A stretch of DNA of 46,941 nt, taken from IMG/VR virus record IMGVR_UViG_3300032024_000157, positions 1 through 46,941 of that record; one strand, written 5' to 3'. Of this stretch, positions 1-10,415 are shown one piece after another (position 1 is the first letter of the stretch; every line of letters starts with the position of its first letter). Source of the DNA: a virus (lineage: Duplodnaviria > Caudoviricetes). A program made the translations under genes and the position numbers. The notes under the pieces were generated by a model. The model saw only the letters and a program-made list of their open reading frames with translations, was not told the origin of the DNA and searched no databases.

Positions 1-259
1 CCCGGCCTTTCCGGGGCCGTGCCCGGGGGGCGACAAACCCTGTGAAAAAAAAATTTTTTTTGGGGGCCCCCCCCCCCCCCCCCCCCCTGCCATTTCCATC
101 ATGGACGAACGAACGGACGAACGCATTGTCAAGGTCAGGTTCTGACTTGAACGCCGGCCCAGGCTGCTCGGCCTGGTCGGACGGCGAGGCTGGAAGTGCC
201 TAGACGACAAAGGGCAGGTCGAAGCCAGCCCGTGCCAGCTCCGCCTGCCCTTTGGTAGC

Positions 260-601
260 TTAATAATACTGCCCACTGACCGCTTTGGCTCCCTTGGCGA
301 TCGTGATGCCGCTCAGGGTGCCGGCCTTGATTTCGCGCTCCATCGTCTGATGGAAGGCGCTTTCGTTGGTCAGCATGACCGCATTCCAGACATTCAGAAG
401 CAGCCGGGGCGGCAGGTCTTCCTGCTCGCCGTCGACCACTTCCTCGATGGCCTTGAAGGCCGCCCCGCGAAGGGCTGCCGTGGTGGGGATATAGGCCGAC
501 CCGGCGCAAGCCGCCTTGAGCTGGTCGTAGATGGCCTTCCGGAAGGCGACCACGAGAGCCGCCAGCCGTGCCGAATTGTCCTTCCCATTGTCGTATTGCA
601 T
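260..601 (-). CDS. hypothetical protein (113 aa)
   Basis: Helical-looking ORF from ATG at 601 (MQYDNGK...); the longer upstream extension in the track looks non-coding. Confidence 0.75.
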   Translation of the reverse strand: MQYDNGKDNSARLAALVVAFRKAIYDQLKAACAGSAYIPTTAALRGAAFKAIEEVVDGEQEDLPPRLLLNVWNAVMLTNESAFHQTMEREIKAGTLSGITIAKGAKAVSGQYY

Positions 602-1137
602 ATGATTTGAATGAACCTTGCCTCCGGCGAGAGGGCAAGAGGTCGTCCCTTGCTTGCTCTGGTCGGCTGGCAAGAGAAGCGAAGCGCGAGTGCAGAGATT
701 ATTGCGACTCGTTCTCAACTGCCGGCCCGGCCTACCTGCGTTGAAACTGAATCTCATTCTCAACGCCGCCCTTGCCATTGCCGTCGGGGTTACCTTTGCC
801 CAAGGGGAGGGGGCCTTGTATTAACGTTTCCTTCTTCCTCCTCCGTCAATCAATTTCCCTTTTCCACGGCGGCGGAAAGAATTTTAGAAATGGCCAGGTG
901 TGGAGAGGGAAGAATTTGATGGGGCAAAGATTTGACTTGCGCCTAGGCTACCTGGCAGTAGGGTGGTGGCATGGTAGAGCCCTACAGCCCACGCGGAGCC
1001 ATGCCCGATGGAATTTTTCGCCGTCCAGAGGTTCGGGTGGTGGTTCAACCTCGCGGACGGAGCGTTGCAACAACGCAGCCACACCTGCCGGCCAGCGCGC
1101 TTGTCATCATGGCACGCTTGCCACAAGGAGGTGGGAA

Positions 1138-1797
1138 ATGAGCGATATGTTTGAACATCCACTGGCGGCCGTAGCGTCACGGGCAACGACCAGTCGCATC
1201 TACCTGCCGGCCAAGTTTAAGCCTGGACAGACGAATGATGAGAAGTCCGAACAGTGCGCTCATCGTCCCGAAGTCGCCGCGTTGGCAGATATGTACTTCA
1301 ACGACAGCGACCGTCTCGCAGGCGACCGTCTTTCTGCCGTTACTCTTCAGCAAGAGCGTCCAATTCATCGCATTATGATTTACTTGCATGCGCAGGGCAG
1401 TAGCGTTAAGGACATTGCTACGCACACAGGCTTCACTTCACAAGCCGTCTCCAACATACTGCGGCAGCCCTGGGCGCGCCTGCGTTTAGTTCAGATTCTG
1501 AAAGAGTCCGGCGGAGATGAAGTTAAACACTTCTTGACGCATGAAGTAGCTCCGTCCCTTACCATTCTACGCGAAATTCGAGATGGTGACATTCCCGGTC
1601 GCACCTCAGACCGACTGACTGCGGCCTCGGCTATCTTGGATCGTGCACTTGGAAAGCCCACTGTCAACGTCAAGACTGACAACACCAACCGTGCTGTGCC
1701 TGCTGACATCCAACGGCTCGAGACGGAAATTGCCGAAACTCGGCGGCAAATCGAACAGCGTGGTCAAATTGAAGCCCATGGAACCGGAACAAATTGA
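1138..1797 (+). CDS. putative terminase small subunit (HTH protein)
   Basis: ATG at 1138 after AAGGAGG; HTH-like GSSVKDIATHTGFTSQAVSNIL; SDRLTAASAILDRALGKP motif; overlaps the start of the large terminase. Confidence 0.7.
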   Translation: MSDMFEHPLAAVASRATTSRIYLPAKFKPGQTNDEKSEQCAHRPEVAALADMYFNDSDRLAGDRLSAVTLQQERPIHRIMIYLHAQGSSVKDIATHTGFTSQAVSNILRQPWARLRLVQILKESGGDEVKHFLTHEVAPSLTILREIRDGDIPGRTSDRLTAASAILDRALGKPTVNVKTDNTNRAVPADIQRLETEIAETRRQIEQRGQIEAHGTGTN

Positions 1798-3337
1798 CCC
1801 CGGTCTTGTGTTGCTTAAGCAACGCGAACTGGAGCTTCTTCGCACCAAGCTCGCACTCATTAAAGACCACGGTCTTGACTACTACCGTCCACATGAAAAA
1901 CAACACCTGTTTCATTGTTCTTCTGCCAAACGCCGTGGTTTTTTTGCGGGCAACCGTACTGGTAAGTCTGAATGCGACGCAGCAGAAACAGTCGCCTGGT
2001 TTGTAGGCGAACGTTCTTGGTACAAGTATTCCTTTCCAATTTTCGGTGTTCGTGATGGAGAACGTGTAGTTACCTCTTTTCACGAGGGGCATGACAACCA
2101 TCCTTTAGTTCGTCAAGGTATTCCGCAACATGCCACCAAGCAGCTCGTCATCACCACCGATTGGAAGAAGGTCGACGAGGTGTGGACCTCGGCCCTTGGT
2201 GACCCGCCCGGTAAGATTTGGAAGTTCCTACCGGCCAACCTAAAAGTCGAGACGCGACGCAATCATGAGGGCATCATCGATCGAATTTACAACCCCGTCA
2301 CCGCTGCGGTCATTCGATTCACCAACGAACAAGCGTTTATCAAAAATCCACAGTCTGGTGAATCTACCGACTACGACCGCATTGCTATTGACGAGCCTGT
2401 CTCTGTCGAAATGTGGACCGCTCACGCCCGCGGCCTTATTGACCGTGACGGCCAAGGCGACTTCACTCTTACTTCCCTTCGTGAGCGTTGGATATATGAC
2501 TACTTTAATCCTGAAGACGCCGTCGATGCGCGGGCCGATCGTTTCTCTTTGCGTGCAACCATGCACGACAACCCCTTTCTCTCAACGGTCGCTAAGCAAC
2601 GTTTCATTGACGAACTGTCGCCTGACGAAATCGAATGTCGTGTTAATGGCTTGCCACTAGAACTTTCAGGGTTGGTCTATAAAGAGTTCAGACGCGAAAA
2701 ACATATTCTCGCGCAACTGCCGTCGGGCTGGACCGACTGGGCCAACCCGCCCCTTGATCACACAATCTACGTATCTATAGACGTCCATGAACAAACCCCA
2801 CAAGCTGCGATGTTTGTCGCTGTCGGTCCGACCGGTCACCCTATTATCTATGACGAAATTTGGCGAACCTGCAACGCTGACGAACTCGCCGCTGAAGTGC
2901 TTCTACGTCTCGACGGACGGCAAGTTGGTTTTGTCAAATGTGACCCACGCGCTTGGCTCGAAGACCCTGTATACCACGTATCAATGGCCCAACGATTCTT
3001 TGCCCTCGGTCTCTTTGTCGAAAAAGCCTCCAAAGCCTTAACCTTCGGCATTCAAAACATGAAGTCCGTCCTCAAACGTGAGGCCGTCCATTTTGCCCCT
3101 TCGGTTAAGCGCACCCTGTGGGAAATCAACCGTTGGCACTATGACAAAGAAAACAAACCCATCGACAAAGACGACCATTTCATGGAGTGTATGTACCGCA
3201 TCTTCATGAACACCCTTGTCCATATCGACCCGGCCAAGTCCCAACCCGTAGAAGCCTTTGACATTGATATGTCCTCTAGGGTCCTTCGCGAGTTTAACGC
3301 AGACATGAAACAATTCGATCGAGCATTAACCAACTAA
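1778..3337 (+). CDS. terL: terminase large subunit
   Basis: HEKQ, Walker A FAGNRTGKS, Walker B IAIDEP, DNPFL, RNase H-like nuclease SIDVH...DDHFMECMYR. Confidence 0.93.
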   Translation: MEPEQIDPGLVLLKQRELELLRTKLALIKDHGLDYYRPHEKQHLFHCSSAKRRGFFAGNRTGKSECDAAETVAWFVGERSWYKYSFPIFGVRDGERVVTSFHEGHDNHPLVRQGIPQHATKQLVITTDWKKVDEVWTSALGDPPGKIWKFLPANLKVETRRNHEGIIDRIYNPVTAAVIRFTNEQAFIKNPQSGESTDYDRIAIDEPVSVEMWTAHARGLIDRDGQGDFTLTSLRERWIYDYFNPEDAVDARADRFSLRATMHDNPFLSTVAKQRFIDELSPDEIECRVNGLPLELSGLVYKEFRREKHILAQLPSGWTDWANPPLDHTIYVSIDVHEQTPQAAMFVAVGPTGHPIIYDEIWRTCNADELAAEVLLRLDGRQVGFVKCDPRAWLEDPVYHVSMAQRFFALGLFVEKASKALTFGIQNMKSVLKREAVHFAPSVKRTLWEINRWHYDKENKPIDKDDHFMECMYRIFMNTLVHIDPAKSQPVEAFDIDMSSRVLREFNADMKQFDRALTN

Positions 3338-3350
3338 TGTAAGCCCGCCC

Positions 3351-3761
3351 ATGACAATCACAACCGTAATCAACGCACAGTCTTTCGGAACTTCTACCAA
3401 CATTGGTCCCTTTTTCGCTGCTGCCAAGACCACTCTTGCTGCCGCTACTTCGTCCGTCTTCATTGCTGCTGCTGCAACCGTTCCTGATGCTGCAGTCAAC
3501 AGGTCAACAGTGTTGCGCGTTTGGCACGCCGTCTCGCCAAATAGCTACGGCACCGCCCTTGCCGGTGCGCACGCTCTTGCACAGACCGCCTCTTACATCG
3601 ACGTCACTCTTGATCCGTGTTCGAAACCAACGCTGGTCCTCGAACGCGTCTCCTCCACCCTTCCCGCCGCCGGGAGTAGTACTTATCACTACGTCTGGCT
3701 CGAAGCGCCAACACTGGTTGCTGCTGCTACGGTCACGGTCAAGCTCTGTGAGTCCCCATGA
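3351..3761 (+). CDS. hypothetical protein, probably virion-associated
   Basis: 136-aa Ala/Thr-rich beta-type ORF in the structural operon. Confidence 0.7.
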   Translation: MTITTVINAQSFGTSTNIGPFFAAAKTTLAAATSSVFIAAAATVPDAAVNRSTVLRVWHAVSPNSYGTALAGAHALAQTASYIDVTLDPCSKPTLVLERVSSTLPAAGSSTYHYVWLEAPTLVAAATVTVKLCESP

Positions 3762-3954
3762 CAAACACTCTTCTAGTCAACGGCGCAACTTTGGTGCCGC
3801 AGGTTCTTGTACCTCGGCCGGCCACTCATACCTATTCTTCCGAACGCTTCCTACACCAACCACCTCGGCCGGTGTAAAGCCCCATCCACAACTTCACTAC
3901 TAGTTTCCCCCGGACGTCTACCGTTACGGCACTCCATAATCAACCTCTCCTATC

Positions 3955-4518
3955 ATGCCTTCTGGTCAAACATCCACGGCAAGCAATGCTTTGCCTGTCT
4001 ACGTCGATGACAATACACGTCTCGGCTCCGTTCAGCTCTCTGGCGCTGGCCCCGGAACGTCCGCTCCCAACCAACGTGGTCTCATTCCGCAAATCATCCT
4101 TCCCGGTGGTGTTGCAACCACACTTATTGCAGCACAGTCTGGTTCGACTTGTTGCTGGGACGCTGCAGCCGGCTTTACTTACACACTGCCGGCTCCGGTC
4201 GTTGGTCTGGTGTTCGACTTCGTCGTCACCGTCACCAATACTTCAAGCAACCACAAAGTCATCACCGATGCTGCCACAACCTTCCTCAAGGGTTCTGTCT
4301 TCCAAACGGTCGAAGATACCACTCCTGGTGCCACGGCCGGTCCGAAGGACTTCTTGTTGAACGGCTCTACGCACGTTGCCGTCACCATGAATGGCACCAC
4401 GACTGGCGGCCTCTTTGGTACCAGGCTGCGTTGCCAATGCATCAGTTCAACGGTCTGGCTTGTCACCGGCTATGTTAAGGGTTCTGGCACCATCGCCACT
4501 CCGGCCGCGACCTCCTAA
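3955..4518 (+). CDS. putative head decoration / virion protein
   Basis: AAAGFTYTLPAP...GLVFDFVV and NGTTTGG...WLVTG pattern resembles small beta-rich phage virion proteins. Confidence 0.6.
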   Translation: MPSGQTSTASNALPVYVDDNTRLGSVQLSGAGPGTSAPNQRGLIPQIILPGGVATTLIAAQSGSTCCWDAAAGFTYTLPAPVVGLVFDFVVTVTNTSSNHKVITDAATTFLKGSVFQTVEDTTPGATAGPKDFLLNGSTHVAVTMNGTTTGGLFGTRLRCQCISSTVWLVTGYVKGSGTIATPAATS

Positions 4519-4566
4519 CCTCCAACCTCACCAACCAGTCTCAACCACTGGTTGGTCCTTTTCTTT

Positions 4567-5037
4567 ATGGACTTCACAACTCTCATGGCCGGACCCATCG
4601 GCGGCCTTCTTGGTATCGTAGGCAACGTGGCTAACACCATTCTGGCCATGAAACAAGAAAAGCAAAATCACGAGTTCGAACTGGCTCGTATCCCACTCCA
4701 ACTCAACGCTGATATCGAACGCGGCAAGGCACGTGTCGCTATCGCCGTTGAAGAAACGGCCGGTCAAGCCTTCATTGCTTCACAGCAAGCCGGCAAGGTT
4801 ACCGGTAGCGAATCACGTTGGGTTTTGAACGTTTCTGCAATGATTCGACCTGCAATTCTATTTCTGCTTCTTGTGGGGGTTGTCCTTCTTTACACTTCCA
4901 GCCAGCTTTCAGAAGGCATGGAATCTTACGTCATTCAGAACATCGTCACTGACTTCTCAATGGCGGTCTCTTGGTACTTTGGCGCACGGGCCAGTGCTAA
5001 AGTCATGCAAGGGTTCAAATCCAAAGCCGGCACATGA
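4567..5037 (+). CDS. holin-like membrane protein
   Basis: GGLLG N-terminus, HEFEL coiled coil, IRPAI followed by transmembrane helix, second helix ending WYFGAR, basic tail. Confidence 0.65.
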   Translation: MDFTTLMAGPIGGLLGIVGNVANTILAMKQEKQNHEFELARIPLQLNADIERGKARVAIAVEETAGQAFIASQQAGKVTGSESRWVLNVSAMIRPAILFLLLVGVVLLYTSSQLSEGMESYVIQNIVTDFSMAVSWYFGARASAKVMQGFKSKAGT

Positions 5038-5046
5038 ACTTAACTC

Positions 5047-5361
5047 ATGCCTTCTCACACCGACCCGCCCTTTCCGATGTCTGACTCCATGCATCCTGAA
5101 CTTCGGGCCTTTCTTATCGACCTACGTAGCGATACGCAAGAAATCAAGTTAGCACTTCGAGGTGACAACTTTGGCCAACCGGGCATCGTAAAAAATCTTG
5201 CCAACCTCAAAACGGCTTTTGAAGAGCACGTTATCGAAAACCAAATTAGTTTCGAACAGGAAAACAAGGAATGCGGTAAGCTCAACATAAAGATCGTCTA
5301 CGGAGGCGGTGTTATTGCTGGTGTTCTTTTCGCCCTCGAACTCTACAAAATCTTCAATTAG
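5047..5361 (+). CDS. hypothetical membrane-anchored protein (start may be 5077)
   Basis: Coiled-coil region followed by a C-terminal hydrophobic helix; next to the holin-like gene. Confidence 0.65.
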   Translation: MPSHTDPPFPMSDSMHPELRAFLIDLRSDTQEIKLALRGDNFGQPGIVKNLANLKTAFEEHVIENQISFEQENKECGKLNIKIVYGGGVIAGVLFALELYKIFN

Positions 5362-5379
5362 TGCGCTTCAGAACTGACC

Positions 5380-7305
5380 ATGACTCCAGAAATTGCTAAG
5401 CTTGTGGGAATGAAGGCGCAGCCTCGACAACTTCTTGACTTTACGCAGAGGTTGAAAGACTTGCTTGTCATGTCCCGTTCACAAATGGCAAAGAACTACG
5501 ACCAGTGGGACCGTTACGATCAGGTCTATCGTGGAGAACGCCAAGCCGATGCACAAGACAAGAAAGCTGAGGTTCGTGGCGAGCCGACCAAACTCATCCT
5601 GCCGCTTACTTTTGGACAGGTACAGACTTTTGTTGCTTTTGGTCATCAACTCTATAACCAACGCGACTACTTTTATGAAACCATTGCCTCCGGTCAAGAA
5701 GACGAAGGAGCGGCCAAGCTGGCCTCTGCTTTGCTTGAACAAAATCTGACCTACAACCGCTATCGTGCTGTTAAGCTCATTCAAAAACTTACCGATATTG
5801 CACGTTGGGGTCTTGGTGTTACAAAAACTTCGTGGGTCAGAGAGACTACTCCAATTATTGAGCAAGTTGTCGACCAGGCCGAAATGGCCGCTGTCCGGCC
5901 AGACATGCCCGCACCGGCCGTACCGCCAATGAAGTCGCAAGTCACTTACTCCACGAAATATCTTGGCAATCGTATCGTCAACATCTCGCCCTATCGTTGG
6001 TTTCCAGACGCACGTCTTCCAATTTCACGTTGGAGAGATGGAGAGTTTTGTGGTGACGAAATTGAAGAGTCCAAAGACGAACTGTCGCGCAACCCCTTGG
6101 TGGCCGGCATGGATCACGTCAACGATCTCGGTCCTGAATCCTTCAAAGACCGTCGGATGACTTTCCTCAAGAGACAAAGTGACCCGACTTCTACTGGTGC
6201 GTCCGTTCCGGCCGCTTACGCACTTCTGACTGAAATTCAAATTCGTCTCAATCCATCGAAGGTCGAAATTGACAATGGTGTCTTCCTTAGCGAGCACGAC
6301 TGTGAGCAAATTTATATTGTTTGGATCGTCAACGACGACCGCATCGTCCGTATTTCTGAGGCTGGCTACAACCATGAAGAATTCAGCTATGAGTGTGCCC
6401 AGCTTTTTGACGACCAGAACCGTTTTGTCAACTTCTCCCTCTGTGAGATGCTTTCAGCCCTGCAAGATACGGCTACGTGGTTTCTGAACTCCCACATCAC
6501 TAACGTCCGCAAAAACATCTTCAACCAAATGATTGTTGACGAGACGGCCGTAAACGTTGACGACATAATTAAGCGCCGTCCAATTATTCGCATGAAAGCC
6601 GGTCGTGCGGGTAGTGGTGTTGACACCTGGATTAAACAGCTTCAAACGGTTGACATCACCGGCAACCACGTTGGCGACATCGGTGTCCTTAACGGAATGG
6701 CAAAAGAAGCTACCGGCATCAACGAGACGCTTCTTGGTCAGTTCTCGCCGGGCCGACGGTCTGCAAAGGAAGCGGGCAACGTCGCTAACTATGCTGCTTC
6801 TCGTCTCATTATGATTTTTGGTTCTATTTGGGAGTCGTCTGAAGCGTCACAGGCACGTAAGATGCTTTCGAACCTTCGTCAAGGTCTCGACGAACCCACT
6901 CTTGTTCGTGTCTACGGGCAGGTCAACACACAAATTCAAGTGCAGGACGCATTGGCACTTGTCCCCGGACTGGCCGCACCGGCCGGTCCACAAGCACAGC
7001 TTCAAAGGGTCACCAAAGAAAATCTAATCGGCAACTACGACCTCACCATTTTTAGTGGCATCTTGCCTTCACAACGTCAGGCCAATGCCAACATCCTGCT
7101 TCAATGGCTAGAGACCGCCCTGAAAGACCCCAGGGTTGTCCTCGTTACGGGCCTTGACCCGCAACTTGTTCTTTTTGAGGTCTTCGAACTCTTAGGTGTA
7201 CGCAATGTTCAACGATTCCGACTCACTCCAGAGCGACTACAGCAACTTATGCTCATGGCTCAACCACCCGCAAACGCAGGAAGCCCTAAACCTTCTTCAA
7301 ACTGA
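5380..7305 (+). CDS. portal protein
   Basis: 641 aa, after terminase and before scaffold/capsid; WGLGVTKTSW, ISPYRWFPD, EATGINETLLG...RSAKE match podovirus portal patterns. Confidence 0.85.
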   Translation: MTPEIAKLVGMKAQPRQLLDFTQRLKDLLVMSRSQMAKNYDQWDRYDQVYRGERQADAQDKKAEVRGEPTKLILPLTFGQVQTFVAFGHQLYNQRDYFYETIASGQEDEGAAKLASALLEQNLTYNRYRAVKLIQKLTDIARWGLGVTKTSWVRETTPIIEQVVDQAEMAAVRPDMPAPAVPPMKSQVTYSTKYLGNRIVNISPYRWFPDARLPISRWRDGEFCGDEIEESKDELSRNPLVAGMDHVNDLGPESFKDRRMTFLKRQSDPTSTGASVPAAYALLTEIQIRLNPSKVEIDNGVFLSEHDCEQIYIVWIVNDDRIVRISEAGYNHEEFSYECAQLFDDQNRFVNFSLCEMLSALQDTATWFLNSHITNVRKNIFNQMIVDETAVNVDDIIKRRPIIRMKAGRAGSGVDTWIKQLQTVDITGNHVGDIGVLNGMAKEATGINETLLGQFSPGRRSAKEAGNVANYAASRLIMIFGSIWESSEASQARKMLSNLRQGLDEPTLVRVYGQVNTQIQVQDALALVPGLAAPAGPQAQLQRVTKENLIGNYDLTIFSGILPSQRQANANILLQWLETALKDPRVVLVTGLDPQLVLFEVFELLGVRNVQRFRLTPERLQQLMLMAQPPANAGSPKPSSN

Positions 7306-7516
7306 AGCGGACGGTTTAAAAGAAATCATCATAAACAACACGCCCAAACGTGACCTCGGCTCTTTTTTTGGTGAACTCATGCATCGAGAGCAATCTGTTG
7401 GAGAAATTCGAGGTCTTCAACGTTTGCAGCGCGCCATTCTTGACCGTCGGGACGAGCTTGCCAGACGCCTCAATCTTTTGCCTGAACAACCACAACCTGA
7501 AATCATCGATCAATGA
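7205..7516 (+). CDS. small head-associated protein
   Basis: Helical ORF ending ...EQSVGEIRGLQRL, typical of the small gene between portal and scaffold; overlaps the portal 3' end. Confidence 0.65.
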   Translation: MFNDSDSLQSDYSNLCSWLNHPQTQEALNLLQTEADGLKEIIINNTPKRDLGSFFGELMHREQSVGEIRGLQRLQRAILDRRDELARRLNLLPEQPQPEIIDQ

Positions 7517-8406
7517 CCACTCCCGCCGCCCCGTCTGAGGGCTCAATACAGACACCCTCGGCTTCTACACCTGTTTCAACTCCGACGCCTACTCCCGCAC
7601 CGGCCGCCTCGCCGTTTGCCGACACCCCAGCACCTGATTGGGTAAAAACGGCCGGTCTTGAAGACGTGCACAAACCTGTCGTCCCGACAACACCCCCGAC
7701 CGCCCCTGCCACCGCCCCGGTTACTCCACTTACTGCAACCGTTCCTTCGACGCCTCCGGCCGTGCCGCAGACCCTAACTGTCGACCACGCCGCGTTGGCT
7801 CGTGCAATTCGTGAGGGCAACGCTCCCGCACCGGCCGGTCCCACTGACGAAGAGCTTTCTCAACAACTTGGTATTGTCACCGTTACTCCACAGCTATATA
7901 AAGACGTCTTCGGTATTGACGGCACCCCAGCACAAATCACTGGACTCAACAACTACGGTCAAGCCATTGCCAAACAAGCCGTCACCATTGCCAAGGTTCT
8001 TTTCGATCGTGAACTTAAAGAGTTTCGTGACTCTATGGCTCCTTATACCCAAGTGGTGCAACAACAAGAAGCCTCTCGTATCAAGTCAGAGTTTTTCAAA
8101 ACCCATGCTGACCTCGCAGGTTATGAAGAACTCGTCACCCAACAGTATCAACTGGCCAAGTCGTCTGGACGTAAATTCAACACCCTTGACGAAGCCAGCA
8201 AATTTATCGCTGATCAAACACGTAGTGTCCTTAAGGGTCTCGGCATCACGCCGACCGCCCCGTCAGTCACTAACGGCTCAACACCTTCTGGCAAGTCTGT
8301 GCCCCAGACTCGCACTATGACCCCCCTATCAACGGGAGGGAAAAGTAGTGGTTCACCGTCAGCGAACCAACCAAAAACCATTATTGAACAGGTCTGGGGC
8401 GCGTAA
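7513..8406 (+). CDS. capsid scaffolding protein
   Basis: Pro/Thr-rich N-terminus, helical core, directly before the capsid gene. Confidence 0.7.
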   Translation: MTTPAAPSEGSIQTPSASTPVSTPTPTPAPAASPFADTPAPDWVKTAGLEDVHKPVVPTTPPTAPATAPVTPLTATVPSTPPAVPQTLTVDHAALARAIREGNAPAPAGPTDEELSQQLGIVTVTPQLYKDVFGIDGTPAQITGLNNYGQAIAKQAVTIAKVLFDRELKEFRDSMAPYTQVVQQQEASRIKSEFFKTHADLAGYEELVTQQYQLAKSSGRKFNTLDEASKFIADQTRSVLKGLGITPTAPSVTNGSTPSGKSVPQTRTMTPLSTGGKSSGSPSANQPKTIIEQVWGA

Positions 8407-8427
8407 TAACCTCAACTCACTAACCAC

Positions 8428-9804
8428 ATGGCCATCCTCGGCTTAATGAACGCGGAGTCCTTTGCGACAAACCGCTATCAGTCCCACCGCCGTCAAGTAT
8501 TCTACTTCTATCCAAACGGCGCGTCTCCACTCATGGGTCTTCTGTCCCTGATGAAAGACTTCACAATCGACGACCCTCAGCATAACTGGGACGAAAAACG
8601 TCTCAGCGAAAACTGGGGTGTCGCTGCCAACATCTCCACGACTGTGGCATTCTATTCCACTGGCGTTACGGTGGCGGCTGGTAAAGTAACCGCGGCCACC
8701 GTCGCTGCGGCAAACTTCACCCCAACGCAAGGCACACAATACGCCATCAAGACCTCAGCCACGCCGGAAAACGTCTTCCGCATCGGTCACATCTTTAGGT
8801 TTGTTGCGACCAACACGTCCGGCAATCCCGAAGAAATCATCGGGCGTATTAATGCTATCAACGTCACAGCTGACACTCCGACCACTACGCTTGGCTTTAT
8901 TGCCGTGCGTACTACGGCTGTTGCTATCGACTACGACGTCTCGACCCATGCAGGCACTCAGCTGACGATCATCGGTTCGGCCTTTGCCGAGGGCATTCGT
9001 GATGAGTCTTCGGGCATCTACAACGAGCCTGTCTCGCCTTATAACTACGCACAAATCTTTCGGAAACCCGTGACCATTACCGGCACGGCCCTAAAGACCA
9101 GCGCGAAGTTTGACGAAACTGGCATCTTCCCTGACCAATCCAAGGAAGCCGCTGTGGACTTCGCCCGTGAACAGGAGTGGAACTACATCTTTGGCGAACG
9201 CGCCAAAATCGGTAGTGCTACCACTTCCATCACCCGTTACATGGGTGGCATTCTCTACTTCCTGAAACTTTGGGAAGCGGGTGCTACTTACGGCAACACG
9301 GCAGCTACAGCCGACACTGACGACGGCAAACGCATCATTTCCAACACCGCAACTACGGTCTCTGCGACCCAGTTTGACGGCTGGATGGAACGCGTCTTCC
9401 GCATCAGCAACAACAAAAGCACCGAAAAGCTCGGCCTTTGTGGTTCTGGCGCACTGCTGACACTCAACCGTCTCTTCAAAAACAACGGCGTGGTAACTAC
9501 GCCGATGCCGATGAAAGAGACTTATGGCATGGACGTCCGTGCCTACACGTGCCCTTCCGGCACGCTGTATCTCAAGACCCACCCACTCATGTCACAAAAC
9601 TCCGTGTTGCGCAACAACATGCTAATTGTTGACATGCCAAACCTTAGCTACGGTTATCTCCGTGGACGCGACATGGAACTTCTGACCAACCGTCAGGACA
9701 ACGATGCCGATTACCGGAAGGACGAATGGTTCGGCGAATCGACTTTGGAACTAAACCTTCCTGAGTCCTTCATGTACATCCAAAACCTCATCACCGCAAT
9801 CTAA
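8428..9804 (+). CDS. major capsid protein (SU10/DUF5309-like)
   Basis: IIGSAFAEG, YNYAQIFRKPVTITGT, E...FGE, RYMGGI, YG...SGTLYLKTHPL patterns. Confidence 0.88.
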   Translation: MAILGLMNAESFATNRYQSHRRQVFYFYPNGASPLMGLLSLMKDFTIDDPQHNWDEKRLSENWGVAANISTTVAFYSTGVTVAAGKVTAATVAAANFTPTQGTQYAIKTSATPENVFRIGHIFRFVATNTSGNPEEIIGRINAINVTADTPTTTLGFIAVRTTAVAIDYDVSTHAGTQLTIIGSAFAEGIRDESSGIYNEPVSPYNYAQIFRKPVTITGTALKTSAKFDETGIFPDQSKEAAVDFAREQEWNYIFGERAKIGSATTSITRYMGGILYFLKLWEAGATYGNTAATADTDDGKRIISNTATTVSATQFDGWMERVFRISNNKSTEKLGLCGSGALLTLNRLFKNNGVVTTPMPMKETYGMDVRAYTCPSGTLYLKTHPLMSQNSVLRNNMLIVDMPNLSYGYLRGRDMELLTNRQDNDADYRKDEWFGESTLELNLPESFMYIQNLITAI

Positions 9805-9805
9805 C

Positions 9806-10150
9806 ATGGCTGCTGTAGCATCAACGGATGTCACACGTATCAGCAACTACACCACCGGTGACCGTTTCGGCAACCGCATTGAAGAAGTCAAAATCTTCGA
9901 TGTGGTCCTTAGCTCCAACGGTGGTACTGCTGATGACATTCCGGCAACGTTATTCGGACTGACGACAGTCAACTGGGCACAGTGTGTCCGGGCGATTGAC
10001 GGCAGTTCTGCGCTCTCGTGGGTCTCGGTCGTCGTCGAGGCTGACGGCGCAGGTATCCTCGTGTCTGATCCTGAAAACGCCACGGACGCAACCCGTGGCA
10101 ATCCATCCAACTACACCGGTACCGTGCGCATTCGCATGGGTGGTGTTTAA
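9806..10150 (+). CDS. putative capsid decoration / minor virion protein
   Basis: 114-aa beta-rich ORF directly after the capsid gene. Confidence 0.6.
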   Translation: MAAVASTDVTRISNYTTGDRFGNRIEEVKIFDVVLSSNGGTADDIPATLFGLTTVNWAQCVRAIDGSSALSWVSVVVEADGAGILVSDPENATDATRGNPSNYTGTVRIRMGGV

Positions 10151-10162
10151 CCCAACCCTACA

Positions 10163-10357
10163 ATGCCAAACCTACGCGATAAAGACGTGGTGAACATGAC
10201 GTTCACCACATCGTCCGGCAAGGACGTCAAAGACACACAAATGCTCAAAGGAGCGGCCCAAGACTCCCTCTTCGGCAAGAACGTAACCAAACAAGACGTC
10301 CGTTCCGGCGGCAAATCTGAGTTCGGCAAGCTCGGCGGAATGCCTACCGTCAAATAA
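10163..10357 (+). CDS. hypothetical protein (64 aa)
   Basis: Tightly packed ORF with backbone-like codon usage. Confidence 0.6.
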   Translation: MPNLRDKDVVNMTFTTSSGKDVKDTQMLKGAAQDSLFGKNVTKQDVRSGGKSEFGKLGGMPTVK

Positions 10358-10363
10358 CGCCAT

Positions 10364-10410
10364 GCCGCTAGTTAATGTCAGAAACTGACCTTGACTAGCG
10401 GCCCTTTTTT
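10364..10410 (+). terminator. intrinsic terminator after capsid genes
   Basis: GCCGCTAGTTAA...TTGACTAGCGGC stem followed by CCTTTTTT. Confidence 0.75.
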
Positions 10411-10415
10411 CTTCA

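Noticed and set aside
1-88. Poly-C, poly-A and poly-T tracts as a biological terminal repeat
   Set aside because: Resembles low-quality read tails at a contig end, as does 46860-46941; cannot be trusted base by base
772-1137. N-terminal extension of the 341-aa ORF
   Set aside because: Non-protein-like; a strong SD precedes ATG 1138, and the region is more likely the divergent promoter region
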